This document shows positions 52,101 to 63,400 of a DNA stretch of 64,000 nucleotides, piece after piece. The stretch comes from Podarcis gaigeae. Lineage: Eukaryota. The translations under genes were made by a program, and so were the position numbers. The notes under the pieces are model-generated. The model saw only the letters and a list, made by a program, of their open reading frames with translations. It made no database searches and was not told the origin of the DNA. Numbering within the stretch: position 1 is the first letter of the stretch; every line of letters starts with the position of its first letter. Location of the stretch: the NCBI GenBank assembly GCA_964106915.2, contig OZ066923.1; one strand, given 5' to 3'.

Positions 52101-55100
52101 CACTTAAGCCTTCTGTGTTCAGATTTACATTGTAGGCAAGTTAAAGTAATATGTGCCTTCAATAAACAGAAATTGATTTGACTCTAGCTAATTAATGTTT
52201 CCTGAACTTTCTTTTAACTGTTATGTCCCAACTGTTTCCTGTAGTTCTGAACAAGATAAAGAAGAATGGATAAAGGTAAATGTGATTTTTTTAAAAAAAC
52301 GTATGATACAATAAGTTTGCTAGTTGTTAGAAAGGATTTTGTATTTGCCGCAACAACCTAAAACTGCTATTGCTTTAGAATCTGCCTTATTTTTGTTCTT
52401 TCTTTAAACTAAAACTTTTAATGCTTATTCCTTTTTAAAATTAACGGATATGCTAGCTGTAAATCAAGCGTGTGTGTGACCTCCTTTGTTTTGTCATTAA
52501 ATTGGTTAGATTTGAAGTTTTAGTAGTTCTGACCCATGCTATTCATTCCAGGCTCTCCAGAATACTATAGATGCTTTTCAGCAAAGGAATGAAACATTCA
52601 GAACTGCTATTGCAAAAGAATATGAGGACACACCTATTGAAGTTTCTGTAAGTGGGCACCCATAACGTTTTGATAGGGTATGTCTGAAGCTGCTGATGTG
52701 AAAATTGCACCTGAAAATGCTGGGAATGGCTTTTGAAAGTGAGGCCTCATACTTAGCTTTGTCCCAGTTAGGTTTCCACTTTGAGGCCTGCGTACACGCT
52801 GTACCTTTAAATCACATTCAAAGCAACTTTCTTTCCCACAAAGAATTCTGGACATTGTACTTTGTCCCTTACAAAGGTACAGTTTCCAACAACCCTTAAC
52901 AAACTACAGTGCCCAGAATTGTTTGAGTGTAAAAATGTGCATCAAATACACTATAAACACATCATATGTATCCAGCCTTGGTTTCTTAGTATTAATTCAC
53001 AAAACACATTTGCATCCATATGAACACGTCCTTTACCCTTGTTAGATGCTCATGTGAGAATATGGTTTATTACTGTTGCTGTTGTTGCTGCTTACCATAA
53101 TTTATTGTGCTATCAAGATGCACAGCGCTTTGTTTTATGCAGAAGATGCTGCTTTTCACTTATATGACAAATCACCAAAGTTATTTGCATATATAATGTA
53201 ATATAGTATAATCAATAAAATGCATTTATGGAAACCACATCAAACAGCAGAAAAAATACAGTGTCAATACTTTATGGAGTACAGAAAACGAGGTCCCTGA
53301 AACATGTAGATTCCCAAACGGCTTGTGTTGTGCTGCTACTTTCCCAGTGAAAGAAAGTGATTTGTTTTCTTTGCTGCTGTGCGAATGACTTCATAATTTC
53401 TCCACACCTCCCTTCAGACTGCTGAGCTTGGGAAGAGAGCACCAAGATGGATTCGGGACAATGAAGTGACCATGTGCATGAAATGCAAGGAATCCTTCAA
53501 TGCGCTGACGAGGAGGAGGCATCATTGCCGAGCATGTGGGCATGTAAGCACAAAGCCATGTCTACTAGTTGGTTAACAGATGCTGGATCAGCCCAAACCC
53601 TGCTCAGATCCGCCATCTGCTGGTGGCTTCTAAATGCTGCTTTGTTGCCGTTGAGCGAGCCATTGAGCAGTGGTCAAAATGTGGGCGGCGGCTTCACTGT
53701 ATGAGCCAAACTGATTCCCTTTGCGGACAGCTCAGGAAATTTCCCATTAAATTGTTCTTTCAGCAGTTGGTGATTTTTAAGTCTTGTTTTCCTGCCTCAA
53801 TCTACAGTAAACCTGATGGATATTTCAGCAGTAAATATCAGATTTCCCTGAGGGAAAGTGGCAGGACAAGCAGAAGTCTGAATGAGCCCTTAGCTAGGTT
53901 GGGTCATTTGGGTCAGCCACCTTCTCTTGCCCTCACATACTTCATAGGGTTCTTGTGAGGATGAAATTGGGGGGGATGGGACCATGTATTCCTTAGAAGG
54001 AAAAGGTGGTATATAAATGCAACAAAAAATAAATAAAAATAAAATGAGAATCTCAGGTATAGCATTGTAATCTCACAACCTAAGCCTGAATTAATTGTTT
54101 GTGGCTCTTGGATTGCATTGATTTGGGTGGCAGAGCTAATTCAGGGAGGTCCCATTCTTGGAACAAGTATGGATGACTTTTATTTATGGAACTGTCAGGA
54201 GGCACGTGTTTGACAAAATCTCACCATATAGAATGAATGGGGAGGAGGGAAAATAATATTCCAGAATAATTCATTCCCTTCCTCCTCTTACCCTTCTTAA
54301 GGTGGTTTGCTGGAAATGTTCTGATTACAAAGCTCATCTTGAGTATGATGGTGGTAAGCTGAACAAGGTTTGTAAGGACTGCTACCACATTATAACAGGA
54401 TGCACAGATAGTGAAGAAAAGAAGAAGAAAGGAATCTTGGAGGTATGACATTTAAAGAGTTACTGTGTTGTGTGTAATATGCTATTTGGCTTACCTTTCA
54501 TTGGAAGATGATGCATTTTTCTTGGATGGTTTACATGGTACTAATATACAGAGCTTTTGGATTGGACCTGAGACTAGGATTCATATCCTGTGTTTGTTTA
54601 GATACAGTCAAAAGCCATCGTTTCACAGAACAGCCACCTTGATGTGGCTGCTTAGAGCTGCATCAGGATGGCAACTGCTGTGTGTGGCAAGCCATTCATG
54701 AAAAAAACACCAAGTCACATGCTTTTGCCTCTGTCATGTAGTGGATCTCTTTGCTTCTGCAAAGCCTTTTATGTCAATAGTTTATTGCAGCATCCAGAAA
54801 ACCACCAATCAAATTTTGTGTCTGTCTATCTGTCTCTCACTGTATGTATACCCATACATACATTTTAAAAATAGCCTGCATATGGGGACCATTTTGTTTG
54901 AAAACAGACTTAGGTGGATGGATTTGGCTCGTCATGATCCTTTGACCACACTCCCCCCCCCCTCTTGAATATGACATATTTTATAGGGTTGCTGGATTCT
55001 TACAGACATTTACAGCTGGTGAAGTTTGGGCAGAGGGAGAAGAAGGAAGTGTGTCTGTACTCAAGTGAGATTTGCAGAGAGTGGGGGACTATTGACTAAA

Positions 55101-56539
55101 AACCAACCAAGGTTGGCAGATGATCTTGAAACTTCTGTTTCAGCAGAAGCTTCCAGTACTATTCTTTTCCCTCATTCAGCTGTTATTTAAACTCACCGTT
55201 TTGTTCTTTATGAGGCACCCAGTGTCAGAATAACTAATCCCCATCTTTATCAGGAACTTATAGAAACATAAGAGCACTCCATTCTCCCAGCATCTGTTTG
55301 TGTGTCCTAACACTTCGTTGCTTCCATGCCATATTATTTTGACAAAGAGCAAAATAGTGAATTCAGTGTCAGGGACTGAGATTTATCTTGTCTGGTTCCT
55401 TCTAACTATTTGACTCAATTGACATTTGCTGTACTTTAACTCTCAGCAAATGGATAACATCTTATATTCTAACTATAATAATCTGAGTAACTGAGCTGTA
55501 GCTAGACTAAGCTGTTGGAGTTCTCTGAAAGAAAATATTTCTCTTCCACCCTTCCAGATTGAATCAGCAGAAGTGTCCGGGAACAGTGTGATATGTAGTT
55601 TTCTCCAATACTTGGAAAAATCTAAGACCTGGCAGAAGGCTTGGTGTGTGATTCCTAAACAGGAAGCCCTTGTATTATATATGTACGGTGCTCCACAGGT
55701 ACGTAGGGAGAACGCGTTGGACAAAAAAATCCTCTGATAGGGTGCATGAAAAGTGGGGTGCAATTGCTCCCAATAACAGCTTTGCAGTGATCGACTATGC
55801 ACTCTGTCCCACTTCCTCTGATTTTTTAATCTGTTCCCTTCAGCAGACAAATAAGGTGTTTTTCACAGAAATAAATTGTTGTGGAGACCATGGCATCATT
55901 CTGCTTCCCCAGTGCTCATCCTGTGATTAATTGTGGGGTGGAGGGGTAGGTAATAAGAGGATAAGGAGGCAACTTGTAGGTTGAGAATTTCTCCACTTCT
56001 GCACCTTTCTTCTCCTATGGGTGCATATGCCATCTTCGTACTTCTGTCTTGCTTAAGACCACCACAATAGAGTTTTCCTTTCCTCCTAACACCTGTCTGC
56101 CCCTGCTGGTGTGAGAGGTTAGTGTGACGGGGGCTGATGTCTTGCACTCTGATTTCCTCTAGAACGTCTTGGGTTAAGTTTGGGGGGAAAATTAGTTATG
56201 TAATCAGTTGGTCGATTACTCTCCTCCTTACCAAACCTAGAGCTTTTTAAAAGGTTATTATTTCTGTTTGCTTAGGATGTAAAAGCGCTAGCTACCATCC
56301 CTTTGCTGGGCTACACAGTAGATGACACTCCAAGAAGCGCTGACCTTCCACACAGTTTCAAATTGACTCAGTCCAAGTCAGTGCACAGCTTTGCCGCGGA
56401 CAATGAGGAACTAAAACAGAAGTGGTTGAAGGTCATCCATTTGGCCGTCAAAGGCGAAACACCGGACTGCCCCAATGATTTGCGGATGAGTTTAGAGGAC
56501 CAGCATGAAAGCTCTGCAAAACTGGAAGCTGAAACTTGA
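29330..56539 (+). CDS. FGD4: FGD4 / Frabin (FYVE, RhoGEF and PH domain-containing protein 4), spliced CDS of the classical isoform: join(29330..29418,32625..33102,36962..37051,38774..38919,40161..40317,42375..42513,44351..44409,45718..45864,49113..49285,52245..52275,52552..52647,53418..53543,54302..54442,55558..55698,56276..56539) = 2277 nt, 758 aa
   Basis: All introns are GT-AG with consistent phases and no internal stop. The translation starts [29 protein letters not shown]. It contains DH ([10 protein letters not shown]; [19 protein letters not shown]), PH1, FYVE (WIRD; [10 protein letters not shown]; KVCKDC) and PH2 (TIPLLGY; [15 protein letters not shown]) motifs recognisable as FGD4. 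The ATG at 29330 is in strong Kozak context (AGAATGG). Confidence 0.97.
30181..30421. mobile_element. Tc1/mariner-pogo-like MITE
   Basis: TA-CAGTGGTACCTCG ... CGAGGTACCACTG-TA: perfect 13-bp TIR and TA TSD. Confidence 0.88.
32625..33102 (+). CDS. FGD4: FGD4 exon, low-complexity N-terminal linker ([11 protein letters not shown]...HVETK)
   Basis: Acceptor ttctctttag|, donor AAG|gtaagg; 478 nt, phase 2-0; lies within ORF 32602..33132. Confidence 0.93.
33384..34037 (-). mobile_element. Internal L1-clade ORF2 fragment (post-RT region) with TSD and no poly(A)
   Basis: ORF 33318..33965: [23 protein letters not shown]...[10 protein letters not shown]...[12 protein letters not shown], typical of L1 ORF2. 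Flanked by ACACCAACAC (33374-33383 and 34038-34047). Confidence 0.9.
34888..35242 (-). mobile_element. Sauria SINE, full length
   Basis: Close to the other young copies; 12-bp TSD CTGTGATTTGTA (34876-34887 and 35244-35255). Confidence 0.92.
36743..36858 (-). repeat. (AAT)n microsatellite attached to an L2-type 3'-tail fragment
   Basis: About 17 AAT units, then GTACCCCGCCCATCTGG..TTCCCCAGCCACTCTGGGCGGCTTCC. Confidence 0.8.
36962..37051 (+). CDS. FGD4: FGD4 exon, start of DH domain ([30 protein letters not shown])
   Basis: Acceptor catttccag|, donor CAG|gtaaga; 90 nt, phase 0-0. Confidence 0.96.
37064..37119. repeat. (TTTC)n microsatellite
   Basis: About 13 TTTC units starting 12 nt after a splice donor. 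Confidence 0.95.
38774..38919 (+). CDS. FGD4: FGD4 exon, DH domain ([49 protein letters not shown])
   Basis: Acceptor ccgttgcag|, donor TG|gtaagc; 146 nt, phase 0-2. Confidence 0.96.
39111..39246. mobile_element. 136-bp palindromic hAT MITE
   Basis: About 40-bp TIR CAGGCATAGGCAAACTTGGCCCTCCAGATG..GGGACTACAA; 8-bp TSD GTATAAGA. Confidence 0.9.
39407..39730 (+). mobile_element. hAT MITE with an internal tandem duplication of about 65 bp
   Basis: CATGGGTAGGCAAACT ... AGTTTGCTGACCCCTG; TSD ATCTAAGT/AACTAAGT; inverted relative of 45030-45286. Confidence 0.85.
40161..40317 (+). CDS. FGD4: FGD4 exon, DH domain ([35 protein letters not shown]...IQEIQ)
   Basis: Acceptor gcctgtccag|, donor CAG|gtagtg; 157 nt, phase 2-0. 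Confidence 0.96.
41345..41878. mobile_element. Tc1/pogo-like MITE (CAGTGGTGCC family) with a GC-rich palindromic interior
   Basis: TA-CAGTGGTGCCTCGCAAGAC ... GTCTTGCGGGGCACCACTG-TA; repeated subterminal TCTTGCGA motifs. Confidence 0.88.
42375..42513 (+). CDS. FGD4: FGD4 exon, DH domain ([46 protein letters not shown])
   Basis: Acceptor gtctttttag|, donor AAA|gtaaat; 139 nt, phase 0-1. Confidence 0.96.
42825..43080 (+). mobile_element. Degraded CR1-like LINE 3' fragment
   Basis: AGATTTGGGACAGACAAAAGGAA...GCAGCACATAATTAATCTGTAGAATT..GCCACAAGATG..GGCTTAAAA..GATTAG resembles the CR1 ORF2 end. Confidence 0.55.
43089..43224. mobile_element. 136-bp palindromic hAT MITE
   Basis: Same family as 39111; 8-bp TSD CTGTAGAA (43081-43088 and 43225-43232). 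Confidence 0.9.
43455..43821 (+). mobile_element. Sauria SINE, full length
   Basis: Head GGGACGCGGGTGGCGCTGTGG, B-box, (ACCTTT)n tail; AGATTTCTT on both sides. Confidence 0.92.
44351..44409 (+). CDS. FGD4: FGD4 exon, end of DH domain ([20 protein letters not shown])
   Basis: Acceptor ttttctcttatag|, donor ATG|gtgagt; 59 nt, phase 1-0. Confidence 0.95.
45030..45286 (-). mobile_element. hAT MITE nested in an old MIR-like SINE
   Basis: CAGGGCTCAGCAAACT ... AGTTTGCCTACCCATG; perfect 8-bp TSD AGTTAGAC. Confidence 0.88.
45718..45864 (+). CDS. FGD4: FGD4 exon, DH-PH1 junction ([49 protein letters not shown])
   Basis: Atypical purine-rich acceptor gatggaaaag|, donor TTA|gtgagt; 147 nt, phase 0-0. 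Confidence 0.94.
47359..47694. mobile_element. Tc1/pogo-like MITE (CAGTGGTGCC family), inverted relative to 41345-41878, with an (AAGCCGCT)-type repeat interior
   Basis: TA-CAGTGGTGCCCCGCAAGAC ... GTCTTGCGAGGCACCACTG-TA. Confidence 0.88.
48090..48436 (+). mobile_element. Sauria SINE, full length
   Basis: 12-bp TSD TTAATAGGTCAA (48078-48089 and 48435-48446). Confidence 0.92.
49113..49285 (+). CDS. FGD4: FGD4 exon, PH1 domain ([31 protein letters not shown]...TLELQAS)
   Basis: Acceptor gctttttgcag|, donor CAG|gtaaag; 173 nt, phase 0-2. Confidence 0.96.
49329..49635 (-). mobile_element. RTE-clade LINE 3' fragment
   Basis: The minus strand translates to [27 protein letters not shown]...[37 protein letters not shown], the C-terminal C2H2-like end of an RTE ORF, followed by a short 3' UTR. 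Confidence 0.8.
50548..50788. mobile_element. Tc1/mariner-pogo-like MITE
   Basis: TA-CAATGGTACCTT ... GAGGTACCACTG-TA; colinear with 30181-30421. Confidence 0.85.
50928..51269 (-). mobile_element. Sauria SINE, near full length
   Basis: Reverse-strand copy; flanks TT(C/A)TCCATCTTA form the TSD. Confidence 0.92.
52245..52275 (+). CDS. FGD4: FGD4 31-nt exon, end of PH1 ([10 protein letters not shown])
   Basis: Acceptor tttcctgtag|, donor AAG|gtaaat; phase 2-0. It restores the frame and supplies the PH C-terminal helix Trp. Confidence 0.93.
52552..52647 (+). CDS. FGD4: FGD4 exon ([32 protein letters not shown])
   Basis: Acceptor ttcattccag|, donor TCT|gtaagt; 96 nt, phase 0-0. Confidence 0.94.
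53418..53543 (+). CDS. FGD4: FGD4 exon, FYVE domain first half ([42 protein letters not shown])
   Basis: Acceptor ctcccttcag|, donor CAT|gtaagc; 126 nt; WxxD and R(R/K)HHCRxCG FYVE motifs. Confidence 0.97.
54302..54442 (+). CDS. FGD4: FGD4 exon, FYVE domain second half ([31 protein letters not shown]...GILE)
   Basis: Long pyrimidine tract with an AAG acceptor, donor GAG|gtatga; 141 nt. Confidence 0.96.
55558..55698 (+). CDS. FGD4: FGD4 exon, PH2 domain ([47 protein letters not shown])
   Basis: Acceptor cccttccag|, donor CAG|gtacgt; 141 nt. Confidence 0.96.
56276..56539 (+). CDS. FGD4: FGD4 last coding exon, PH2 and C-terminus ([13 protein letters not shown]...KLEAET*)
   Basis: Acceptor tttgcttag|; 264 nt ending in TGA at 56537-56539. 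Confidence 0.96.
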   Translation, partial: DVKALATIPLLGYTVDDTPRSADLPHSFKLTQSKSVHSFAADNEELKQKWLKVIHLAVKGETPDCPNDLRMSLEDQHESSAKLEAET

Positions 56540-57701
56540 CGTAGCAGATGGTCTGTAATGTATTTTTCTCTCTCTCCACTCAAAACTTTGGTTGACACTA
56601 ATTCTGAAATCAGCAAGAAAGAAGCCAGCCTTCCTGGCTCAACCACGTTTCTTAGCACTTTATGTTGGAAAAGAAAAACAATGTTCATCTTTTTTTAGGG
56701 AACTTTTTCTTATATTTATGTTGTGTCAATAAAATTAATGTACCCTTCCACATTTCCTTTTTATTAAATGAATGTCTATCAAAGAGTGACCAATATAACT
56801 ATACCACTCTTCTCAAGAAAATAGCATCATATGAAATGAATGCTATTGAGAAAGAAATGGCTTGTTTCATATTGATGTCAGTACTGGTATATCTTGGCTG
56901 CATTCTAGGACTCGTAGCTGTGTCTTAAGATATACCTCCACTTTTGCCAAATTAGATGTGTAGTGAATGTAAAGACAGTTTGGTTTATTGTATCTAAATT
57001 CTAGCACTATTTACACTGACTTGTACATATATTCTATCAATTTGTGTTTGAGAAAAGAACATTTCTAAATTGTCTATTTAAAACCCTTGTTCTTTTTTCC
57101 ATTTTAAAAATTATTAAACAAGTACAATATATAAGATTTGCAGGGTATGCTATTAGAGAGAAAAATGTAATATACTTAATTTTGATTTGACCTCATGATA
57201 CTAGGTTCATGCTGTTTGCCTATGATTTATAAAGCATGCATCCTCTTGAAAATTTAAGCAGAGGATTCTAAATTAAAAACAACTAGTTACTTGTTTATAC
57301 CTGATGGCATTGATATTTTTATACATAAACGTAGAGCTTAAAAAGCAGTAGTAAGTCAAATGGCATGTAATGGATGTGCAAGTCCTGGCTGTGTTTTGAA
57401 AAACATAATAATTCCTCTACTCAGTCCTGTGCCTGTTAACCTTTAGAAGGTGGTGCTACCTTTTTAAAATTACAGCAAGTGCTTCAGTAAATAACAGCCT
57501 GGTCTTAAGTGATCACTTGTGATCATGTATTATGCCTTTATAGTTGGTCACTAACACCCGGACCTTAATATTATCATCAATCAATCAATCAATCTAGACA
57601 TCACATCAAATCGTGATTAAGAAATATTAAATATACATAGCTTAGGAGGATGTCTGTATTGACAAGCCATGATTTGAGACAGCAAAAAACACCATTAAGC
57701 C

Positions 57702-57941
57702 ATGCCTTGTGCAAACTGTAGTTGACAAATCATAGTTAAAAGTCAGAGGCAACTGCATTGAGACAGTAGTGCTGAGCAGACAATGTGAAAGTTTCCCTAA
57801 CCCATGATTTACTGTAGATGCTTCGTGCAAACTGTAGTTGACAAATCATAGCTAAGTCAGAGGCAACCACATTGAGACGGCAGTGCTGAGCAGAAAATAT
57901 GAAAGCCTGCAAGTTTCCCTAAACCATGGTTTCCTGTAGAT
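57702..57941. repeat. Diverged tandem duplication, period about 116 bp
   Basis: GTGCAAACTGTAGTTGACAAATCATAG at 57709 and 57825; both units end AAGTTTCCCTAA.CCATG.TTT.CTGTAGAT. Confidence 0.9.
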
Positions 57942-60438
57942 TTGGAAACTCAAATTGTGCTTTGGATTCTAAATTACGGTTGACACAAACTATGATTTGG
58001 CATATTTGAATTTAGCTGTTATAACTCTCACTAACCATGCACATGTTGCAACAGTTATTACTACTGTATTATATGACTCATACCCACATACGGTGGGTGG
58101 CAGATCTGCCATTGCAATATGTGATTGCACCCACTGTTTGCATGGAATATTACACAATGTATTGTATAACATAATAGACATGAAATCTGATTTTGTAGGG
58201 GGTATGGCTTTTTTAAAAACAAACAAACAAACCTGAATACCTGGACCTTACTTAGTGCATAAAAGGATGCTTAGGGAATTATATCTTCATTATGTTTTGC
58301 AGTATTGAGCCAATAATGACAGTAACAGTTTTGTTGTAACTTGCTAATTTTATCTTGCACCTCCGGATTGGTCTGTGTTCAGTTACTTAAGTTCAAATCT
58401 ACCTGACCAGGGGGAAGACACCAGTTTTTAATATTTCTCTGCTAAATAGCCACAATTTGAAGCGACTAAAGGCATAGTCAGACATTTACCTGAACACAAA
58501 GGCTTACCCATGGGCAAGAGGCAAGAGAATGCATGCAGGACCTGCACCAACTAGTCCTTGGCTGCAATGGCTCTTCAGGCATTCATGCATTTAGCAGAAA
58601 GGTCTGAGGAGAATGCTAAGTACATTCTGTTGAAACTGCTTTGAAATCTCTGTATGATAGGTGACCCCAACAAGACAGGCTTCTGATTGCAGGGAAACTG
58701 TCTTCAAGCCTTCATGTTAAAAATACGAAGGTCTGAAGAGATGTTTTATATATCCCATTTTAAATACTTCTTTCATGCTTTGCTCACTTTTGCTAAGTAT
58801 TAAATATGCAAAGCACTCTTTCCGAAATACCAGTGGAATGGAAATATTAGTGCCCACCCAATGCCTTCCGGATGGGCTTGCTTCACCAATAACTAGATAA
58901 AGGAGCTAACAGAATGCTCAAGGTGACAGTCAGTTTGCTGTACTGCCAGTCTGAGCCAACAAACCAGACCCTGTTCTAGACTCATTCAGTAATATTCTGG
59001 TGAATGAATAGACCTCCACTGGTTGTGCATTCTGTCTTCTTCCTAATGTTTCTATGCAGACGATTTCTGTCTGCATTTCTGCATGTAGTACAAAAGTAAA
59101 CATGCCTATGATGGAAAGAACCTTATGGTTTTTAGAGAGAAAAGTAAAATTGGGAATCCAGAGGAAGCACTGGGCTCTTTATTAGAGCAATAGTGATCTT
59201 ACTAGATTAGGGATGAGCCTTGATTCAATCTTATTCCTCTGCCATAGGCCTGAAGTTCCTTTTGCAACTCTTGGGGGTTTTTTAGCTGATGTTGCTGTCT
59301 TTTAAAAATAGTAAAAAAAAAAAATGCTTAATGCAAAAGAAAGAAAATGAATTATTTTCCAGTACTTTGCCTTGTCTTCATTGGAACTTTCCATATTGCT
59401 CCTGCTGGGAAATGCTTCCCATCCACAGAGATGTGCCAGATTCCTTTGCCAACTGATTGGGGAGATCTCTCCTTTCATTCACCCTAATGCAGAATCTCTT
59501 GAGTAATGCAGCATCCACCTTTGTTTAGGTTGGATTTAATTTCAGGGACAGTTTTCAGTGGAGTCTTCCCTTTTCATAAATTCAGATCTTTCCTCTTCAT
59601 TTTAGACTTTGAACAAGCTATTTACTTTTTATCCTTGAGGGCAGGGTTGTTGTTGTTGTAACTACCACATAGTAAGTGCTGCCAGATGTCATCTGGTATA
59701 CAGAATGTCCATTGCTTCTTACCATAAAATTGTGTTAATTACTCACAATCACGTTGTGCCAACAAGCAAAAAGAATGCATCAAGGCATAAGTTGCCCTAT
59801 GTGGCAATTGCACGTGTGCATGCACAACAAAATGTGCATTTTTTGTTTTTCATGTGTGACCCTCTACAATCAAGCTGTATCTTTATTCCCCAAACCCATT
59901 TGAAATATTTAATGGTAGGAAAGGTGTAATATGCAAAGCAGGCCTAAAATAAGCATGTTGGGTACAAAATCTTCTAACTCATTGTATATTTCTGATGTGG
60001 CTCTCAGCACAGAGTTAATCATTGACTGTGAACCTTTTTGTGTACATGCAGTTATCCTAAATGTTGGGTTTTTTTAAAAAAAAATAGAAAACCAACTATT
60101 ACACTTCTACTACAATGAAATTATGGGCAGTTGATTTTCAGAAAGAGGCCTTATGTTCCTTCCCTGGTGAATAGGAATATGGTGGTTTTGGTTCTGGGAA
60201 CCTTGTTTGAAAGCACACTTTTTGTACCAGGGCTAGTAACCATTTATAGTTGATCACATGGTATGCTATATGGGTTGGAAAGGAATGAAAATGTGCTGTA
60301 ATTATCCCTATAATGTTTGAGATGAGGGGGCTGGAGGATGGAAAACAAGCACACAGGTAATGTCAGATTTCCTTCATCTTTCCCCTCCCAGTTTGCAGGT
60401 GTGTAGTGCAAACCTTGCAGGGAGGGAAAGCATCAATG

Positions 60439-60484
<46 letters not shown>
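60439..60484. repeat. (AAT)n microsatellite in the putative 3' UTR
   Basis: About 15 perfect ATA/AAT units. Confidence 0.95.
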
Positions 60485-63400
60485 GCCCCTATCTAGCACT
60501 TAGAGAGCACTTCCTATTAAATATCCTAAGCACATTTGCATAGAAGCAAAGTTCCATGGAAAGAAATGAGATTTACTTCGATGTTCAAGCGCTGGGGTCC
60601 TTAAGACTCCTGCGTAAAGCACAGCTAATGACTACTTTGTAATAAAGATGAGGTAAATAAGATATATGGTCTGATTTCCTTACCCTATTCTGGCTCCAAA
60701 ACCTTTTAAGCTACATTTTTATTTCTAGGACAAAGAAGTGGCCCTTTTAATTTGTTTTCTCCCAAGGCCATCCCACATGTGGGTAACAAAAGTTCTGGTT
60801 TCTTAGTTAACATTTTCAAGCTGTATCTCATTCTAAGCAGAACTTTTGTGTGTCATTGGAAAATACTGTAATTTGTGTTCAATCGTCTTAATTTTCATGT
60901 TGTATTGGCCTTTTAACTGTTACCCCATCTCCTTTTTTATTTTACTGTCTGTTTGACTAGTTCTGTATGGAGTTAGCATGCAGCAAGATGCAATAACGAA
61001 GGAGTGTGTGTTTTTGTGTTTATGTTTATGTACACACTTTGCAACCCAATTTAAGTAATTGCTTCAGTAGAGAGACAGGGACACTTTTGTAACCCAATCT
61101 GCATGTCCTTGTGCTTTTACCAATTACTTCTGATGCTAGATGAAGGGAAACCATAACGGTCTGCAGTTAATGACAATGAGCTGCTCAACTATGCTGAAGA
61201 AGGAAAACTTGCTGCAGGTAGAAGTGACAGAGACCAAGCATGCATTGGTGAAGCTGGATCCCCGTTCGCTAAGTGTGGTTAGTAAGGACCTGGTGCTCCT
61301 TCTGCACCGATCCATTGATGGTGTTTCATATGATTCTCTTGCTTGACCACTTGAGCAGCACTTAAGGTGCCAGCGAATCACTCGGCTTAAAAATGCCTGC
61401 CAGTTCAAACCATAATGTTACCCTGGTGTTCGGTGGATGATCCTCATGGGGTTGGTAATGACGAGAAACCCACCCACCCACTGCTGCATCAGAGAATAAA
61501 TTCCATGAACTGTGGTGCACAAAAGGACTGACCACTTGGAATATCCACATTGCCGACAATAAGCCACCCCAAAACAATGCTTGTGTGTCAAATGTTTTTT
61601 TTTTAACTGAACATTTTCTGCATTTTTCCTCCTTCAACTTTGCCTATATAAGCAAGGTAAACTTACAGTGTAGAATACTATGTGCTAGTGTCTTTGCTGC
61701 CTTATTTAAACGTTCTTGCATTCTGACACAAGTTGATTTTTAAATACAGTAATTTTGTAATTGCTCAGTTGAGAATGAATTTGAGACTTGCGAATTTGTT
61801 GTTTACCCCCCCCCCCTTTTCTTTTTTCTTTTTGGTAGATTTGAATCTACAGCTGGCCGTAATTTGACATATTTGGGGTGTGTGGAATATTGGCCATAAT
61901 CTTGCCAAAGTTAGTAAACGTAAGTCTCTCTGCTTTCAGTGGGACAGTGAAATTTGGTTGGGTCACTGGAAATGGCTTCAGTGATAGGAAAAACTAAAGT
62001 AGTTTGATAAAGCATGGGTATACCAAATGTAATTATCAGTTGTACTTTGACTAAGTGTACTATTGTTTTTATTGTTGCTGGATGTAAATACACTTGAATA
62101 ATGAAAGAAGTCTGTAGCACTGTGCCATCTTGATACCTTTAGCTCTATTGACTTCTTAGTCTTTAACTCTAAAGCATTTATCCATCTTCAGTGGCATTTT
62201 GTATGTGCAGGTGCAAATCAATTGTTGTGGAGTGGCTTTTCCCCTTTTCTCGCAGTCCTTCATTTTTCCCGACTAACTCAAGACTCATCGTGCTAACAGT
62301 GTCCCAGGGCAAGTAACTGGTGTATTGGTTCACAACCGTGAACTGCTTTTTTCCTGAAGGCATAAAAAAGGAACACTTTTCTCCATTGTATTTTCCAAAT
62401 GATTATAGATTAGTGCACTCGTAAATCTAGGGCTATGTAAACATTGTTCATGAAAAGAGGAGTTAGCAGTGTGGAAGCACAATTGTTGCTTCCTTCTCAG
62501 AGCACGTTGAGCTGAGGGGAAATTTTCTGCTGGTTTCAGCAAATGCCAGATGTGCACAGTGCTGACTGGCTGGTGCCTATGACGCCACCCTCTTCCCAAA
62601 AATATTTTGTTGCATTAAAAAATGTCATTAAGAGAAGAAGAAGAAAAACATGTGCAAAGGGGTGTGTACATGGAGCTGCCCTGTTGGTTAAACTGAGAGG
62701 GGAAGCTTGCACACACGAGCTTTCTTGCCGCAATGCAAACGTAAGGTAGAAAGCAGCTCTTTTTGCATGTGGGGCTATTACGATTGTCAAATAAATCATT
62801 GCCCATTGCCTCAGCCAGGGTTTACAGTAGGAACCGCATGTACCCACAGGACAGTGGATCCTGTCATTTAGAAAGACTTGCATTAATTTTAGGGCATGCT
62901 GTGGGCAGTATATGTTTGTACAGATATTTAGCATGCACTTGCTTCTGTACATGAAAAGCAGCAGTGTACATTTTTGCCACTTGTTTGTACAGTGTTCAAA
63001 AGCAGGTCAGTGAGCCAGGATCAATCAGAGCTCCTTGGAGCAAACATCTTCAAGTTCATGTTTTAGCACTTCACATATTCTTTCACACCTGAAATGAAAA
63101 GTCCCTTATTGGTGTAATCTTTGCATTGCTGAAAAATGATGTAACCATCCTCTGCCACAATGCTAACGTGATGGATAATAGGATTAAGGTTCTAGATGGT
63201 GTCTACAGTTATGTCACTGAGGAGCACAAAAAAAATCCATGGTGACGATTGTCTTGCTTTCATTCATGTAAGCCAGTACTACTCAGTGACGGTCCAGTTC
63301 ATGAGCCACAGCCCAGGATGGGTGGGATGCTTCAGGTACCCAATATGGTACCAACTCCTGGCACATCAGGTGGGGTGGGATTTGCCAGTCCACCCCATGA

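Noticed and set aside
54360-54390. FYVE domain has KVC instead of the canonical RVC motif
   Set aside because: As I recall this is the normal state for FGD4 orthologues, so it is not a lineage-specific novelty.
61140-61346. 68-aa ATG-initiated ORF in the putative 3' UTR
   Set aside because: No recognisable homology or splice context, and the length is within chance expectation.
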